From the sequence record OP902294.1: 64,000 nt of DNA; one strand, given 5' to 3'. Both the position numbers and the translations under genes were made by a program. This document shows positions 9,201 through 20,231 of this stretch, one piece after another (positions within the stretch are counted from its first letter, which is position 1; every line of letters starts with the position of its first letter). Origin of the DNA: Staphylococcus phage BSwM-KMM1. Below the pieces are notes generated by a model. That model had not been told where the DNA came from. It did no database searches and saw nothing but the letters and a program-made list of their open reading frames with translations.

Positions 9201-10208
9201 CAAGACTCTTTATTAGGTAAACCTATATCTAAAGCATGGAGTGGTGTAACAGGTCTCTTTGATAATGACGCTGAAGCATCTGAAGAAGATAGTAAAGATA
9301 AGAAAAAGGCGTTAAAGGTGTTAAAGGAGATACTAAGAAGAAAGAAAAAATGACAGCAGAACAACTTAGAGAAAAGAATAATCAATCTGAAACTAAGAAC
9401 CTTAAAATCTATAGTGACTTACTTGACAGAGCTCAGAAAATTATTGAGAGTGCTAAAGGTATAAATATAGACGGAGGAACATCTGATGGTGGTTCTGATA
9501 GCGGAGGCTCTGCATCTGATATAGGTGGAGAAGGCGCAGAGAAAATGTATAAGTTCCTAAAAGTAAAGACCTATCTGATAATCAGGTAGGAGCTATTATG
9601 GGTAACTTAAAACAAGAATCTAATTTAGACCCCAAAGCTGTTAACCAATCTAGTGGTGCATTTGGTATAGCCCAATGGATGGGAGATAGAAAAGCAGGGT
9701 TGGATAAATTTGCCAAAGAAAAAGGTAAAAGAATACTGACCTAGATGTACAGTTAGACTATCTATGGAAAGAGATGCAGTCCGACTATGAAAGTAACAAC
9801 CTCAAAAATGCAGGTTGGAGTAAGGACGCAAGCTTAGAGAAGAATACTAATGCATTTGCTACCGGATTTGAGCGTATGGGAGCAAATGAAGCTATGATGA
9901 GCACCCGTGTTAACAATGCTAAAGAATTCAAGAAGAAATACGGAGGCTCTGGTGGCGGAGGAGGTGGAGGAGCTCTATCTTCTACTTACCAAGAAGCTAT
10001 GAGTAACCCTGTATTAACTACCGGTTCTAATTATAAAGGCTCTAATGACGCTTCTAATGCCTCTACAACTAACAGAATAACAGTTAATGTTAACGTTCAA
10101 GGCGGAAATAATCCTGAAGAAACTGGAGACATTATCGGAGGAAGAATTAGAGAAGTTCTAGACAGTAATATGGATATATTTGCAAATGAATATAAGAGAA
10201 GTTATTAA
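6227..10208 (+). CDS. tail tape-measure protein, about 1327 aa, with an internal lysozyme-like domain (frame broken at least 5 times in this sequence)
   Basis: ORF fragments 6227-8158, 8160-8609, 8652-9353, 9350-9589, 9590-9745 and 9740-10208 read as one protein once single A deficits are restored at about 8150, 9345, 9565 and 9745. The 8400 and 8652 segments are in the same frame but separated by stops at 8607-8615, and I could not reconstruct that junction. The protein has a coiled-coil-rich N-terminus, Gly/Ala-rich low-complexity segments (GGGSPKGGGSPKGGG, GGSGGGGGGGA) and the segment GNLKQESNLDPKAVNQSSGAFGIAQWMGDRKAG typical of phage tail lysozyme-like domains. Confidence 0.75.
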
Positions 10209-10218
10209 TAATTTTGTA

Positions 10219-10247
10219 TTGACACAGGAGTAGTATCGTAGTATACT
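10219..10247 (+). promoter_or_regulatory. sigma-A-like promoter TTGACA-N17-TATACT
   Basis: Perfect hexamers (10219-10224 and 10242-10247) upstream of the tail lysin gene, whose RBS is AAAGGAAG. Confidence 0.6.
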
Positions 10248-10281
10248 ACTCTTATACATATAAAAAAATAAAAGGAAGTAT

Positions 10282-12714
10282 GTGTATATGCGTAGAATAA
10301 GAAGACCTAAGGTAAGAATAGAAATCGTTACAGATGATAATACATTTACATTACGCTTTGAAGATACAAGAGACTACAGCGGGGAAGAATTTGGAGCTAA
10401 GCTTTTAGGTTTCCAAACTAAAAACTCAATGGAAGATGATAGTTCTGTTTTCCAAATTAATATGGCAGGAGATACGTATTGGGATAAGTTAGTTATGGCT
10501 AATGACATAATCAGAATATTTATTACACCTAATGATGACCCTAACGATAAAGAAGGAAGACAAGAAAGGTTAATTCAAGTTGGAATGGTTTCACAAGTAT
10601 CAAAAGTAGGTAGCTATGGAAATGACCAAACTCAATTTAGAATAACCGGTCAATCTTTTGTAAAACCATTTATGAAATTTGGGTTAGGTGTTATTCAAGA
10701 GGTTCAAGCTGTACTTCCTGAAGTAGGTTGGCTTATTGACGGTGACGGAGATAATGAAGTTAAATTTACAGGTAGCTCGGCTCATGAAGTTATGACAGGT
10801 ATTATCCGTAGATTTGTCCCTTACATGAAGTATAATTATACTGAAAAGACATATAATACTATTGATAATTATCTTGACTATGATGATTTAAGTAGTTGGG
10901 ATGAGTTTGAAAACTTGACAGAAGTCTCTGCTTTCACTAATTTTGATGGGACGTTAAAACAGTTTATGGATATGGTAACAGCTAGACCTTTCAATGAATT
11001 ATTCTTTAAAAACTCAGAGAAAACACCTGGTAAGGCACAACTTGTTTTAAGAAAAACACCTTTCAACCCTACTGAGTGGAGAGCTCTTGACGTGATTAAA
11101 GTCCCTACAGAGGATTTTATTGAAGAGGATGTAGGTAAAAGTGATGTTGAAACATACTCTATATTTACAGCTACACCTGCAGGTATGTTAAAAGAACTTA
11201 ATGGTGATGTATTTTCTAAACCACAATTTCACCCTGAATTGACTGATAGATATGGGTATACTAAATTTGAAGTAGAAAATATCTATCTTAGTACTAAATC
11301 AGGTTCAGCTACTGAAGACTCAGATTCTTCGGGTGATGATAATGGTACTGAAAGAGGAACTTACTCTAAAATTATGAAAGATTTAAGTAACTATGGAAGA
11401 GATAATGTTTCTAAAGGTATAGATAAGTATACAAGTAAATTATCTTCAAAATATAAAAACTTAAAAAAGCCCAAGCTAAAAAAATTATAGAGAAGTTTGT
11501 CAAAGAAGGAAAAGTAACAGAAAAAGAATACGAGAAGATAACAGGGAATAAAGTAGATGATGAATTAACATCAGATAACAGACCGAAGTTGACAAAAGAT
11601 AAATTAAAGAGTATACTAAAAGAGGAGTTTAAAACACAAGATGATTTTAATAACTCTAAGAAAAAGAAAAAGCTAAGACAGATGCACTTAAAGAATTGAC
11701 AACTAAATATCGTTTTGGTAATAAAACACACGCTACAACTTTGCTAGATGAATATATTAAATACAAAGGAGAACCACCAAATGATGAGGCTTTAGATAAC
11801 TACTTAAAAGCTATTGAAGGTGTAAGTAACATAGCAACGGATACTGGTTCTGACGCAAGTGATAGCCCTTTAGCAATGTTCTCTCGTATGTTATTTAATT
11901 GGTATCATGGTAACCCTAACTTTTACGCAGGGGATATCATTGTACTAGGAGACCCTAAGTATGACCTTGGTAAGAGATTATTTATAGAAGACAAACAACG
12001 AGGAGATACATGGGAATTTTATATCGAATCCGTAGAACATAAGTTTGACTATAAACAAGGTTACTACACAACAGTAGGTGTTACTAGAGGACTAAAAGAT
12101 GCTATCCTTGAAAGTGGTAAAGGTAGTCCTCATAGATTTGCAGGTTTATGGAATCAGTCATCTGACTTCATGGGAGGTCTCATGGGAGAAGATACATCTA
12201 AAGAACTTAAAGAAAAAGGTGTGTCAGAGAAACAACAAAGCGGTGGAGATAAAGATGGTGGTTCTGATAGTGGGGGAGCCCAAGACGGAGGTTCTTTAAG
12301 CTCACTTAAGAAATTTAATGGTAAGCTACCTAAACATAACCCAAACTTTGTTCAACCAAATAACCGACATTACAAGTACCAATGTACTTGGTTTGCCTAT
12401 AATAGAAGAGGAGAGCTTGGTATTCCTGTACCTTTATGGGGGACGCTGCCGACTGGATTGGTGGGGCTAAAGGAGCAGGTTATGGGGTAGGTAGGACACC
12501 TAAACAAGGTGCCTGTGTTATTTGGCAACGAGGAGATAAAGGTGGCTCTAATGCTTATGGTCACGTTGCTTTCGTTGAGAAAGTTTTAGACGGTGGAAAG
12601 AAAATATTTATATCCGAGCATAACTGGGATACACCGAATGGTTATGGAACTAGAACAATAGATATGAGCTCTCAAATTGGTAAAGAAGCCCAATTTATTT
12701 ACGATAAAAAATAA
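10282..12714 (+). CDS. tail-associated cell-wall hydrolase with C-terminal CHAP domain (frame broken about 4 times)
   Basis: Fragments 10282-11490, 11490-11700, 11696-12490 and 12436-12714 join into one protein of about 810 aa when A-run deficits at about 11470 and about 11660 and a G-run deficit at 12428-12432 are corrected. The C-terminus carries a CHAP signature: a conserved Cys in QCTWFAYNRRGELGIPVPLWG and a His in GHVAFVEKV. Confidence 0.75.
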
Positions 12715-12727
12715 AGGAGGATAAGCT

Positions 12728-12871
12728 ATGGCAACAGATAAACAAGTTAAAGATATTATCGAAAAGTTTATAGATAATGTATTTAGTTTTGATGTACTAA
12801 CAATGGAAAAGGTAGCAGAGAAAGACGAAGAAGTCAAAAAATATCTGTTAATGACGTATATAACAAAGTAG
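12728..12871 (+). CDS. small hypothetical protein, or N-terminal part of the next gene if an A is missing at about 12866
   Basis: ATG preceded by AAAGGAGG. 47 codons ending in TAG, which overlaps the GTG of the 12871 ORF. Confidence 0.3.
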   Translation: MATDKQVKDIIEKFIDNVFSFDVLTMEKVAEKDEEVKKYLLMTYITK

Positions 12872-13614
12872 TGTATATTAGACCTTATGTAGGTGTTATA
12901 CAAAGCATGAATACTCAACATATACAATATGAGAACTTTTCAAATAATGGTACAGATGCTGAAGCAGTAGTTACTTTTAGAAAAATAAGTTATCCAATAG
13001 GTAGAGAGTCTATACCAACAGACTCTTTATCTACACTTATTATTAGTTTAGTTGAACGAAATCAAGAATTGCTTATAGATTCATTTGACGAGACGCAGGA
13101 TGTCCTATACGGAGCCTACATGGAAGAAGAATATGTATTTGATGAGGATGTTCCTCTGAGTACAATAATTGCACTAGATTTAAGTGATAATATTAAGTCC
13201 TTATCAAATATAAAATATATGTTTAAAGGAGCCCCTAAAGAGAATCCTTTTGGCACAGACAAAGATGTTTATATAGATACTTATAATTTATTATATTGGT
13301 TATACCTTGGTGAAGGAGAAGAGTTATCTTACCCAATGAATATTAATTACTTCTTTACAGAAGGAAGGTTCTTTACTATATTTGGTAAAGGGCATAAATA
13401 TAAAGTAGATGTAGACCAATTTATAGCGGGAGATATATTATTCTTTGGTAGAAGTGATACTAATATTGGAATATATGTAGGGGACGGGGAATTTATTTCT
13501 ATGATAGGGAAGTTCCCTAAAGATGAAACGTCTATAGGTAAATATAAGCTAGAAGATTATTGGAACGAATTTAACGGAAGAGTCATGAGATTTGATGAAG
13601 AGGTGTATATTTAA
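12871..13614 (+). CDS. baseplate/tail protein (hypothetical)
   Basis: 247-aa ORF. The C-terminal segment AGDILFFGRSDTNIGIYVGDGEF weakly resembles the NlpC/P60 GDxxFF...GIYxG core, but the catalytic His and Cys are not evident. Its stop overlaps the next ATG (TAATG). Confidence 0.45.
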   Translation: MYIRPYVGVIQSMNTQHIQYENFSNNGTDAEAVVTFRKISYPIGRESIPTDSLSTLIISLVERNQELLIDSFDETQDVLYGAYMEEEYVFDEDVPLSTIIALDLSDNIKSLSNIKYMFKGAPKENPFGTDKDVYIDTYNLLYWLYLGEGEELSYPMNINYFFTEGRFFTIFGKGHKYKVDVDQFIAGDILFFGRSDTNIGIYVGDGEFISMIGKFPKDETSIGKYKLEDYWNEFNGRVMRFDEEVYI

Positions 13615-15450
13615 TGGTAGTAAGATTCCAATCTTCCATGGGAAGAAGTTTAAAAAGAGTAGATTCAGACGACTTAAATGTAAAAGGGTTAGTTTTAGCC
13701 ACAATAAGTAAAATCAATTATCAGTATCAGTCAGTAGAAGTTAAAGTTAATAACTTGACACTAGGAAGACATATAGGGGATGATGGTAGTTTATCTGTAC
13801 CTTACCCTAAATCCTTTATAGGTAGAACACCTGAAGGTAGTGTATTTGGAACAAAACCTTTAATTACTGAAGGTTCCGTAGTATTAATTGGGTTTTTAAA
13901 TGATGATATAAATAGTCCTATAATTCTTAATGTTTATGGAGATAATGAGCAAAATAAAATGATTAATACCAATCCTCTTGAAGGAGGTAAATTTGATACA
14001 GATGACACTTACAAGTATAGTAGTGCAATATATGAGATACTACCATCTTTAAATTATAAGTATGAAGATGGAGAAGGTACAAGTATTAAAACTTTCAATG
14101 GTAAATCTTTCTTCTCTATGACATCAGGTGAAGAGGAGAAACCACAAGCTTCAGACTTCTATACTGGTACAGAATATCAAGATTTATTTACTTCATATTA
14201 CGGTAATAAAACATTAATTGAGCCTAGAATACAAAAAGCACCTAACATGTTATTTAAACATCAAGGCGTTTTTATGATGATGGTACACCCGATAACCATA
14301 TAACTACTCTATTCCTTTCTGAACGAGGGGATATTAGAACATCAGTATTAAATACAGAAACACAACAAAGAACAACACAAGAAATGTCGAGTGATGGGTC
14401 TTATAGAGTAATTAAACAAGACGATGACTTAATGTTAGATGAAGCTCAAGTTTGGGTTGAGTATGGAATTAGTGAAGATAATAAATTTTATATTAAAAAT
14501 GATAAACATAAATTTGAATTTACAGATGATGGTATTTATATAGATGAAAAGCCTATGTTAGAAAACTTAGGAGATAGTATTGAAGAATCTATGAAAAACT
14601 TAGAAGAGATACAAAAGAACTTGAAGATATAAATTATCTCTTAGAAGGAGTAGGGAAGGATAATCTAGAGGAACTTATTGCCTCTACTAAAGAGTCTATA
14701 GAAGCATCTAACCAAGCTACTAAAGATGTTCAAACCTTAGGAACAAATATAAATGCTGTAAGTTCTAGAACAGAAGGTATTATAACACAATTCCAAGATT
14801 TTAGAGATAGAACATTCAAAGATTTTTATGATGAGGTAAATGAATACCTAGCAGGAGAGCATGGCTCGGTTGAAACAATTGTTAATACTGATTTACCTGA
14901 AATAAGAAATACTGAACAAAAGTATAGACATACAACGTTTAGAGACATAAAAATACATGCGGATTTACCCTTTAAATTCCAAGACTATGATAGTATAGTA
15001 GCAAATGATAATGTGACGTATTATTTCCCGCAAGGTATTGCCATTAATAACGGTCAAACCTATATTATACATTCAGCTCCTGAGAGCGGTACTAAAAGAC
15101 TAATTGTTATCTATGATGAGTTTTATAAGTATGTTAATATGTTTTACGCAGGAACAACCGGAGGAGAAGGTCTTCATGTAGAAACAGAAGGAACTAAAAC
15201 TTACCTCTATGCTAGAACAAGCAATAATAATATAGGTAAGTTTGATGTAACTAATTCTAGAAATATTGAGGAGAAATCAACGTTACAACCTGTAGAAGAA
15301 TATAATATAAACGCATACATGAATTTCTTTAGAACAGAAAGTGGATGGGGAGTAGAATACAATAACCAAACTAAAGGTGTGTTTTTACAGAGAGATACGG
15401 TAGTATTCTTCAACAAGGATTTCAGTAAAAAACAGGGTACTTATGGATAA
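13614..15450 (+). CDS. baseplate/tail protein of about 612 aa (frame broken twice: T-run at about 14265, A-run at about 14615)
   Basis: ORFs 13614-14303, 14304-14632 and 14640-15450 read continuously after 1-nt corrections. No enzymatic motif found. Confidence 0.5.
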
Positions 15451-15524
15451 ACCCTTCTAATTCTACATTATGGTCAAGTAATTTATTAGAGGGAGTTACA
15501 AACCACTCAGCTAAGAAGCAAGGT

Positions 15525-16507
15525 ATGACACTTATAAATAATACCATCGTACAGACACTAGGAGGTAACTGGAACCCAACTAGAGATATTGAACCACATA
15601 CTTATCATTTACAAGGGGTACAAGAGATAAGCCCTAGTGGAGATATTATGAATGATTATACGTACCATCCTTATGAGTTAAGAGATTACCTAACTAAACA
15701 AGGTAAAGTTGTCGATATGATTGAACATGAAGGTGCGTTCTCTTATAATAATAGACTATTTAGTATTATTGTTTACAAAAGCAGAACTAAATCAGATGCA
15801 AATAAACAAGGTGTACTTATTGTAGAATACAAACCTAAAGAGAAAGAATACACTTTCAATAAGACAGGGAGCCTTTCTTGGCACCTACAGCTAACTATAA
15901 CCCTTATAAAACTAATATTGATGGTAAGCTTTATAATGAATACACAGGAGAAGAAATAACAAATATTAAAGACCTTGTAAGATATATGGTATCAACGTAT
16001 CAAAGTAATATTGTATTCTATTCATCTAAGGTATCTATGTTAGATTATGAAGGAGTAGCTATACCAGGAGGTATACGAGTAGAGTTAGAGAATTTAAATA
16101 ACTACACATTCCATTTACTGTACAGAGGTAATGCTACTAATGAAGTTTATATAATAAATTATACAGCCTCTACAGATAGCTTTAATATAACTTCACAAGA
16201 TTCTGATAACAAATACGATAAACTAGATTTAAGTACTATTAAATATAAGATGACAGGGTACGTAACAAATGCTACAAATACACCTACAAGTACTAGACAT
16301 GGTTATATAGATTCAAGAAGGTATGGCTCTAATTCTAAATTGTTCTTCTCTCCTTATAATAGTTACAGAAACATATATGAACCTAAATCTAGGGGAGTAT
16401 GGCAAGGTTGGGAAAAAACAGGAAGTAACACAGATAACAACAACCCTGTAGTAGTATCTAAAGAAGAACCTGCAGAAGCAGTTATTTGGTTTGAGGTGAC
16501 TGACTAA
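15525..16507 (+). CDS. tail/baseplate protein of about 327 aa (frame change near 15875)
   Basis: ORFs 15525-15959 and 15878-16507 overlap in different frames. The TTG 'start' at 15878 is an artefact of the ORF caller. Composition is fibre-like, rich in N, T and Y. Confidence 0.4.
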
Positions 16508-16698
16508 TGAATAAGTATTTAATAGTTTTGAAAGATAAGAATAACAAAGAGTTTTTAAACGAGTATGATATTCAAAATATAGAAATTTATATGGGAGTAA
16601 TTGTTATTGCTTATATGTTAGAAAGTACAGCAAAAGAATTAGAAACACATTCTAACATAGAGAGTATAGAAAAGATGGAGCAGAGCATGTCGATATAG
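16507..16698 (+). CDS. small hypothetical protein
   Basis: 63-aa ORF. ATGA overlap with the preceding gene. Confidence 0.35.
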   Translation: MNKYLIVLKDKNNKEFLNEYDIQNIEIYMGVIVIAYMLESTAKELETHSNIESIEKMEQSMSI

Positions 16699-16751
16699 AA
16701 GAAGAATCCGATATAAGATATGAGACTTCCACAACAACGTATGCCTTTGAT

Positions 16752-17615
16752 ATGATGGAAATACAGAAATTCCATAAGGAAGGGTATACAGGAAAAGGTT
16801 TTAAGATAGGTTTACTTGACACAGGTGTACAGAAGCATGTAAACTTAAACGTAACAGATGGTATAAATGTTTATGATGGTAATTTACCATGGGATAATAG
16901 TTTAGCTAACTCCCATGGTACTCTAGTAGCAGGGGTTATTAATGCTCAAGGTAGAAACGGAGAGCTTATAGGTATAGCCCCTGACGCAGAGTTATATGCT
17001 ATTAGAATAGATAATGGAAATGGGGCTATTAACTCTACTACATGGAGCTCTCAAATAGCGGGGATGAGTTGGGCTATAGATAATGGAATGGATGCTGTAA
17101 ACTGTTCCTTTTCTAGTAGGATAGAATCTAAAGCTAGAAAAATGGCTTTTAAGATAGCAGAAGAAAACGGTATAGCTATATTTTGTAGTGCAGGAAACAC
17201 ACAACCTAGTAATGATACAACTACAAATACTGCTAAGTATCCTGCAAAATACCCTTTCACTATAGCAAATGCTAATATATATCCTGATAAGAGAAGATAT
17301 CCTACTAGTTGTATAGGTCAAGGTTTGAATTTCTCAAACGGAGGGGTAAAAGTGGTAACAACAACTACAGCTAAAAACTCTACTGCAGTAAGCACAGCCT
17401 ACTCAGGAGGTAGTACAGGAACCTCTCTAGCATCTCCGGCTACACTAGGTATCTATATATTATATAAACAAAAATACAAAGAATCTAAAGATAAAATATT
17501 ACAACGAATGGCAGTTAATGCAGAAAACCTAGGAGACACTTTTTGGTACGGAGCAGGATTACCTAAGTATCCTACAAGTAATTATATAAATATTAATATT
17601 AGGGGTAAGAAGTAA
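16752..17615 (+). CDS. subtilisin-like serine protease (peptidase S8)
   Basis: All four S8 signature blocks are present in order: LLDTGV (Asp), SHGTLVAGVI (His), CSAGN (oxyanion Asn) and GTSLASPA (Ser). 287 aa. Confidence 0.75.
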   Translation: MMEIQKFHKEGYTGKGFKIGLLDTGVQKHVNLNVTDGINVYDGNLPWDNSLANSHGTLVAGVINAQGRNGELIGIAPDAELYAIRIDNGNGAINSTTWSSQIAGMSWAIDNGMDAVNCSFSSRIESKARKMAFKIAEENGIAIFCSAGNTQPSNDTTTNTAKYPAKYPFTIANANIYPDKRRYPTSCIGQGLNFSNGGVKVVTTTTAKNSTAVSTAYSGGSTGTSLASPATLGIYILYKQKYKESKDKILQRMAVNAENLGDTFWYGAGLPKYPTSNYININIRGKK

Positions 17616-17616
17616 T

Positions 17617-18087
17617 ATGCAAATGAAGTATAAAGTAGCCGGGCAATTTGAACATATGTATCCAAAAACGCTCGGAGATAATGTTAATCTAAATAATGGT
17701 CAAACATTAGAGCAATGGAAAAAACAGATAGATGATATTTATAACGATAAAGAAGATTCCGATTTTAACGAAGTATGGAGCGGGGCAGACGTATTAGGAG
17801 GGAATTCAGAATTAACAATACTAAAGCCTTTAAAAGAGTGTAAGAATGGGTGGATACTAGTATTTAAAGAACCTTCAGGAGCATCAGGTAATATTAACTA
17901 TTGTTATGTACCTAGAGTCCATTCCGATTTATATTCTACTTTTGGGGTAAAATTTTTAGTAGGGGTTAGAAGTGGAGGAGTTCGTTCTAAGTTCTTGTTC
18001 ATTACGGACACAACAATAAAAGGACATACTTCCAATGGTACAGGAGGAAATGAAGAAACTACATTAGTTAAAGTTATAAGTTACTAA
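17617..18087 (+). CDS. hypothetical protein
   Basis: 156-aa ORF overlapping the previous stop (TAATATG). Gly-rich C-terminus. Confidence 0.5.
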   Translation: MQMKYKVAGQFEHMYPKTLGDNVNLNNGQTLEQWKKQIDDIYNDKEDSDFNEVWSGADVLGGNSELTILKPLKECKNGWILVFKEPSGASGNINYCYVPRVHSDLYSTFGVKFLVGVRSGGVRSKFLFITDTTIKGHTSNGTGGNEETTLVKVISY

Positions 18088-18100
18088 ATAATAATTAAAA

Positions 18101-18127
18101 GGCTAACTAAAGTTAGTCTTTTTTTAG
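18101..18127 (+). terminator. rho-independent terminator
   Basis: GGCTAAC/GTTAGTC stem including one G-U pair, TAAA loop, then TTTTTTT. Confidence 0.6.
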
Positions 18128-18157
18128 TTGTAATTTAAACTAATTCGTGATATATTA
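18125..18157 (+). promoter_or_regulatory. candidate late promoter TAGTTG-N20-TGATATATTA
   Basis: Motif class shared with 5044, 23574 and 55957. About 45 nt upstream of the 18200 start. Confidence 0.45.
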
Positions 18158-18199
18158 GTAGTATGAGATTTATATACATACTGAAAAGGAGAGGATAAA

Positions 18200-18990
18200 A
18201 TGCCACAATCAGACGGAATAAGTAGCCTTCATAGAATAGCCTTACGTTTCCCTAAAGAGGGCGGTGGTTATGATATGTACAGATTTAAAGTAAACCCGGA
18301 AAACTATACTATAGATGCACCTCAACGTACAACAGCAATTAAAACAAAATCGGATATTGTGATAGAAGATTACGGTAAAGACATAGAAGTTATTAACTTC
18401 TCAGGTACTACTGGATTTAGACCAGTCAGAGAATCAAGTGGTTTGAAAACAGGTAAACAGAAAATGGAAGAACTACAAAGCAGAGTTAAAGAGTATGCAA
18501 TGCAAGGTGGAAGTGGTAACGTAAGCGGTTCTTACTTACAATTTTTAACTTTACAGATGATAGTTACTATAAAGTACATTTAGCACCCCAAGGATTAAAA
18601 ATAACTAGGTCTAAGGATGAGCCTTTACTCTTTAGATATGAGATAACCTTAGTAGTTATTGGTTCATTAACGGAGTCGGATAGAAGTGCTGTAACAACAG
18701 AAGAGTTTGGTAATATTAATCCTAATGCTTCACAGAGAGTTGACGAAGGTATGAAAGAATTAGATAAAAATGCCCGTAAGACTAGAGACAGAAACAATCA
18801 AGAAATATCTAGAAGAGAAAATACAATACCTAAATCTACCGGAGACAACACAAATGAGGGTAATAGACTAAAACAAAGCTTTCCTAGTAGTTCTATATAT
18901 AATCCTAGACAATCTACTAATGGATTAAAAGGGAACATTGATAACATGGCTCTAATAATAGGCTATGGTGATGGAGGTGTATCTAGTTAA
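18200..18990 (+). CDS. baseplate protein of about 263 aa (frame broken at a T-run at about 18545)
   Basis: ORFs 18200-18583 and the continuation ...FFNFTDDSYYKVHLAPQGLKITRSKDEPLLFRYEITLVVIGS... to 18990 join after a 1-nt fix. Size matches the 263-aa baseplate-region ORF of K-like phages. Confidence 0.5.
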
Positions 18991-19513
18991 TGAATAATTT
19001 TATAGCACAACCACAAGGTTTACTTAGATTTTTAAATGCTTTAGATACAGATTTAACTTCTTCTCATATGAATTTACTTGATGAAGAGGTATCATTTGTA
19101 TCTAGATTTTATACCCCACAGCTACAATTAAGTGAATTAGCAAAAACAGTATTGACAAGTATAAAGACAGATGATATACCTGTATTAGAGAGGAATTTAA
19201 TAATAACACTATTATCCATAAAGCAAATGATACATTGTTAAAAGTCCAAGCACCTAGAATGTATATGATTTTACAATCCATTGTACTTGAAGCATATGCT
19301 ATTGTTAATTGCTTTGTAGAAAACCCAAGTTCTTTGAAATATTTAACTGAAGATGATGTTAAAATAACACGAGAAAACTTGAATTATGTAGCAGATTATT
19401 TAGGTAACTATGATGACTACAATAGTGTTGTTCTAGATTTAAGAGATTTAGACTTATGTTTTAGTGCAATAGAATTACAACTACCTCTAATTAAAAAGGA
19501 GGCTAATGTATAA
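18990..19513 (+). CDS. baseplate wedge-like protein of about 174 aa (frame change at about 19238)
   Basis: ORFs 18990-19241 and 19235-19513 read as one protein of about 174 aa. Size and position match the small baseplate wedge subunit of Twort-like phages. ATGA overlap with the previous gene. Confidence 0.45.
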
Positions 19514-20217
19514 TGAGATTTAAGAAACATGTAGTTCAGCATGAAGAGACTATACAAGCAATAGCACAAAGATATTATGGGGATGTAAGTTATTGGATAG
19601 ATTTAGTAGAACATAACAACTTAAAGTATCCATATCTAGTAGAAACTAATGAAGAGAAAATGAAAGACCCTGAAAGGTTAGCTTCTACAGGTGATACACT
19701 TATTATACCTATAGAATCTGATTTAACAGATGTAACAGCAAAGGAAATTAATTCTAGAGATAAAGACGTATTAGTTGAACTAGCCTTAGGGAGAGACTTG
19801 AATATTACATCTGATGAAAAGTATTTTAATGAACATGGTACTAGTGATAACATACTAGCATTTAGTACTGATGGTAACGGAGACTTAGATACTGTAAAAG
19901 GTATAGACAATATGAAACAGCAGTTACAAGCAAGATTATTAACTCCTAGAGGTTCTTTAATGTTACACCCTAATTATGGTTCTGACTTGCATAATTTATT
20001 TGGTCTTAACATACCGGAGCAAGCAACATTAATTGAGATGGAAGTCTTAAGAACCTTAACATCAGATAATAGAGTAAAATCTGCTAACTTAATTGATTGG
20101 AAGATACAAGGAAACATTTATTCAGGTCAATTCTCAGTAGAAATAAAATCTGTTGAGGAATCTATAGAATTTGTTTTAGGGCAAGATGAAGAAGGCATTT
20201 TTGCTTTATTTGAATAG
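19513..20217 (+). CDS. baseplate protein (234 aa)
   Basis: Intact ORF translationally coupled to the previous gene (TAATG). Size and context match K-like baseplate proteins. Confidence 0.55.
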   Translation: MRFKKHVVQHEETIQAIAQRYYGDVSYWIDLVEHNNLKYPYLVETNEEKMKDPERLASTGDTLIIPIESDLTDVTAKEINSRDKDVLVELALGRDLNITSDEKYFNEHGTSDNILAFSTDGNGDLDTVKGIDNMKQQLQARLLTPRGSLMLHPNYGSDLHNLFGLNIPEQATLIEMEVLRTLTSDNRVKSANLIDWKIQGNIYSGQFSVEIKSVEESIEFVLGQDEEGIFALFE

Positions 20218-20231
20218 GAAAGGATTAAATT

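Noticed and set aside
8400-10000. GGGSPKGGG and poly-Gly repeats as a possible CRISPR array or other non-coding repeat array
   Set aside because: The repeats are in-frame codon repeats inside the tape-measure gene (GGC/GGA/GGT glycine codons). They have no spacer-repeat periodicity, so this is protein low-complexity sequence.
12871-13614. NlpC/P60 endopeptidase call for the 247-aa ORF
   Set aside because: Only the GDxxFF...GIYxGxG core is reminiscent. The position that normally holds the catalytic His has Asn, and no D-C-S Cys motif is present. I kept it as a generic tail protein.
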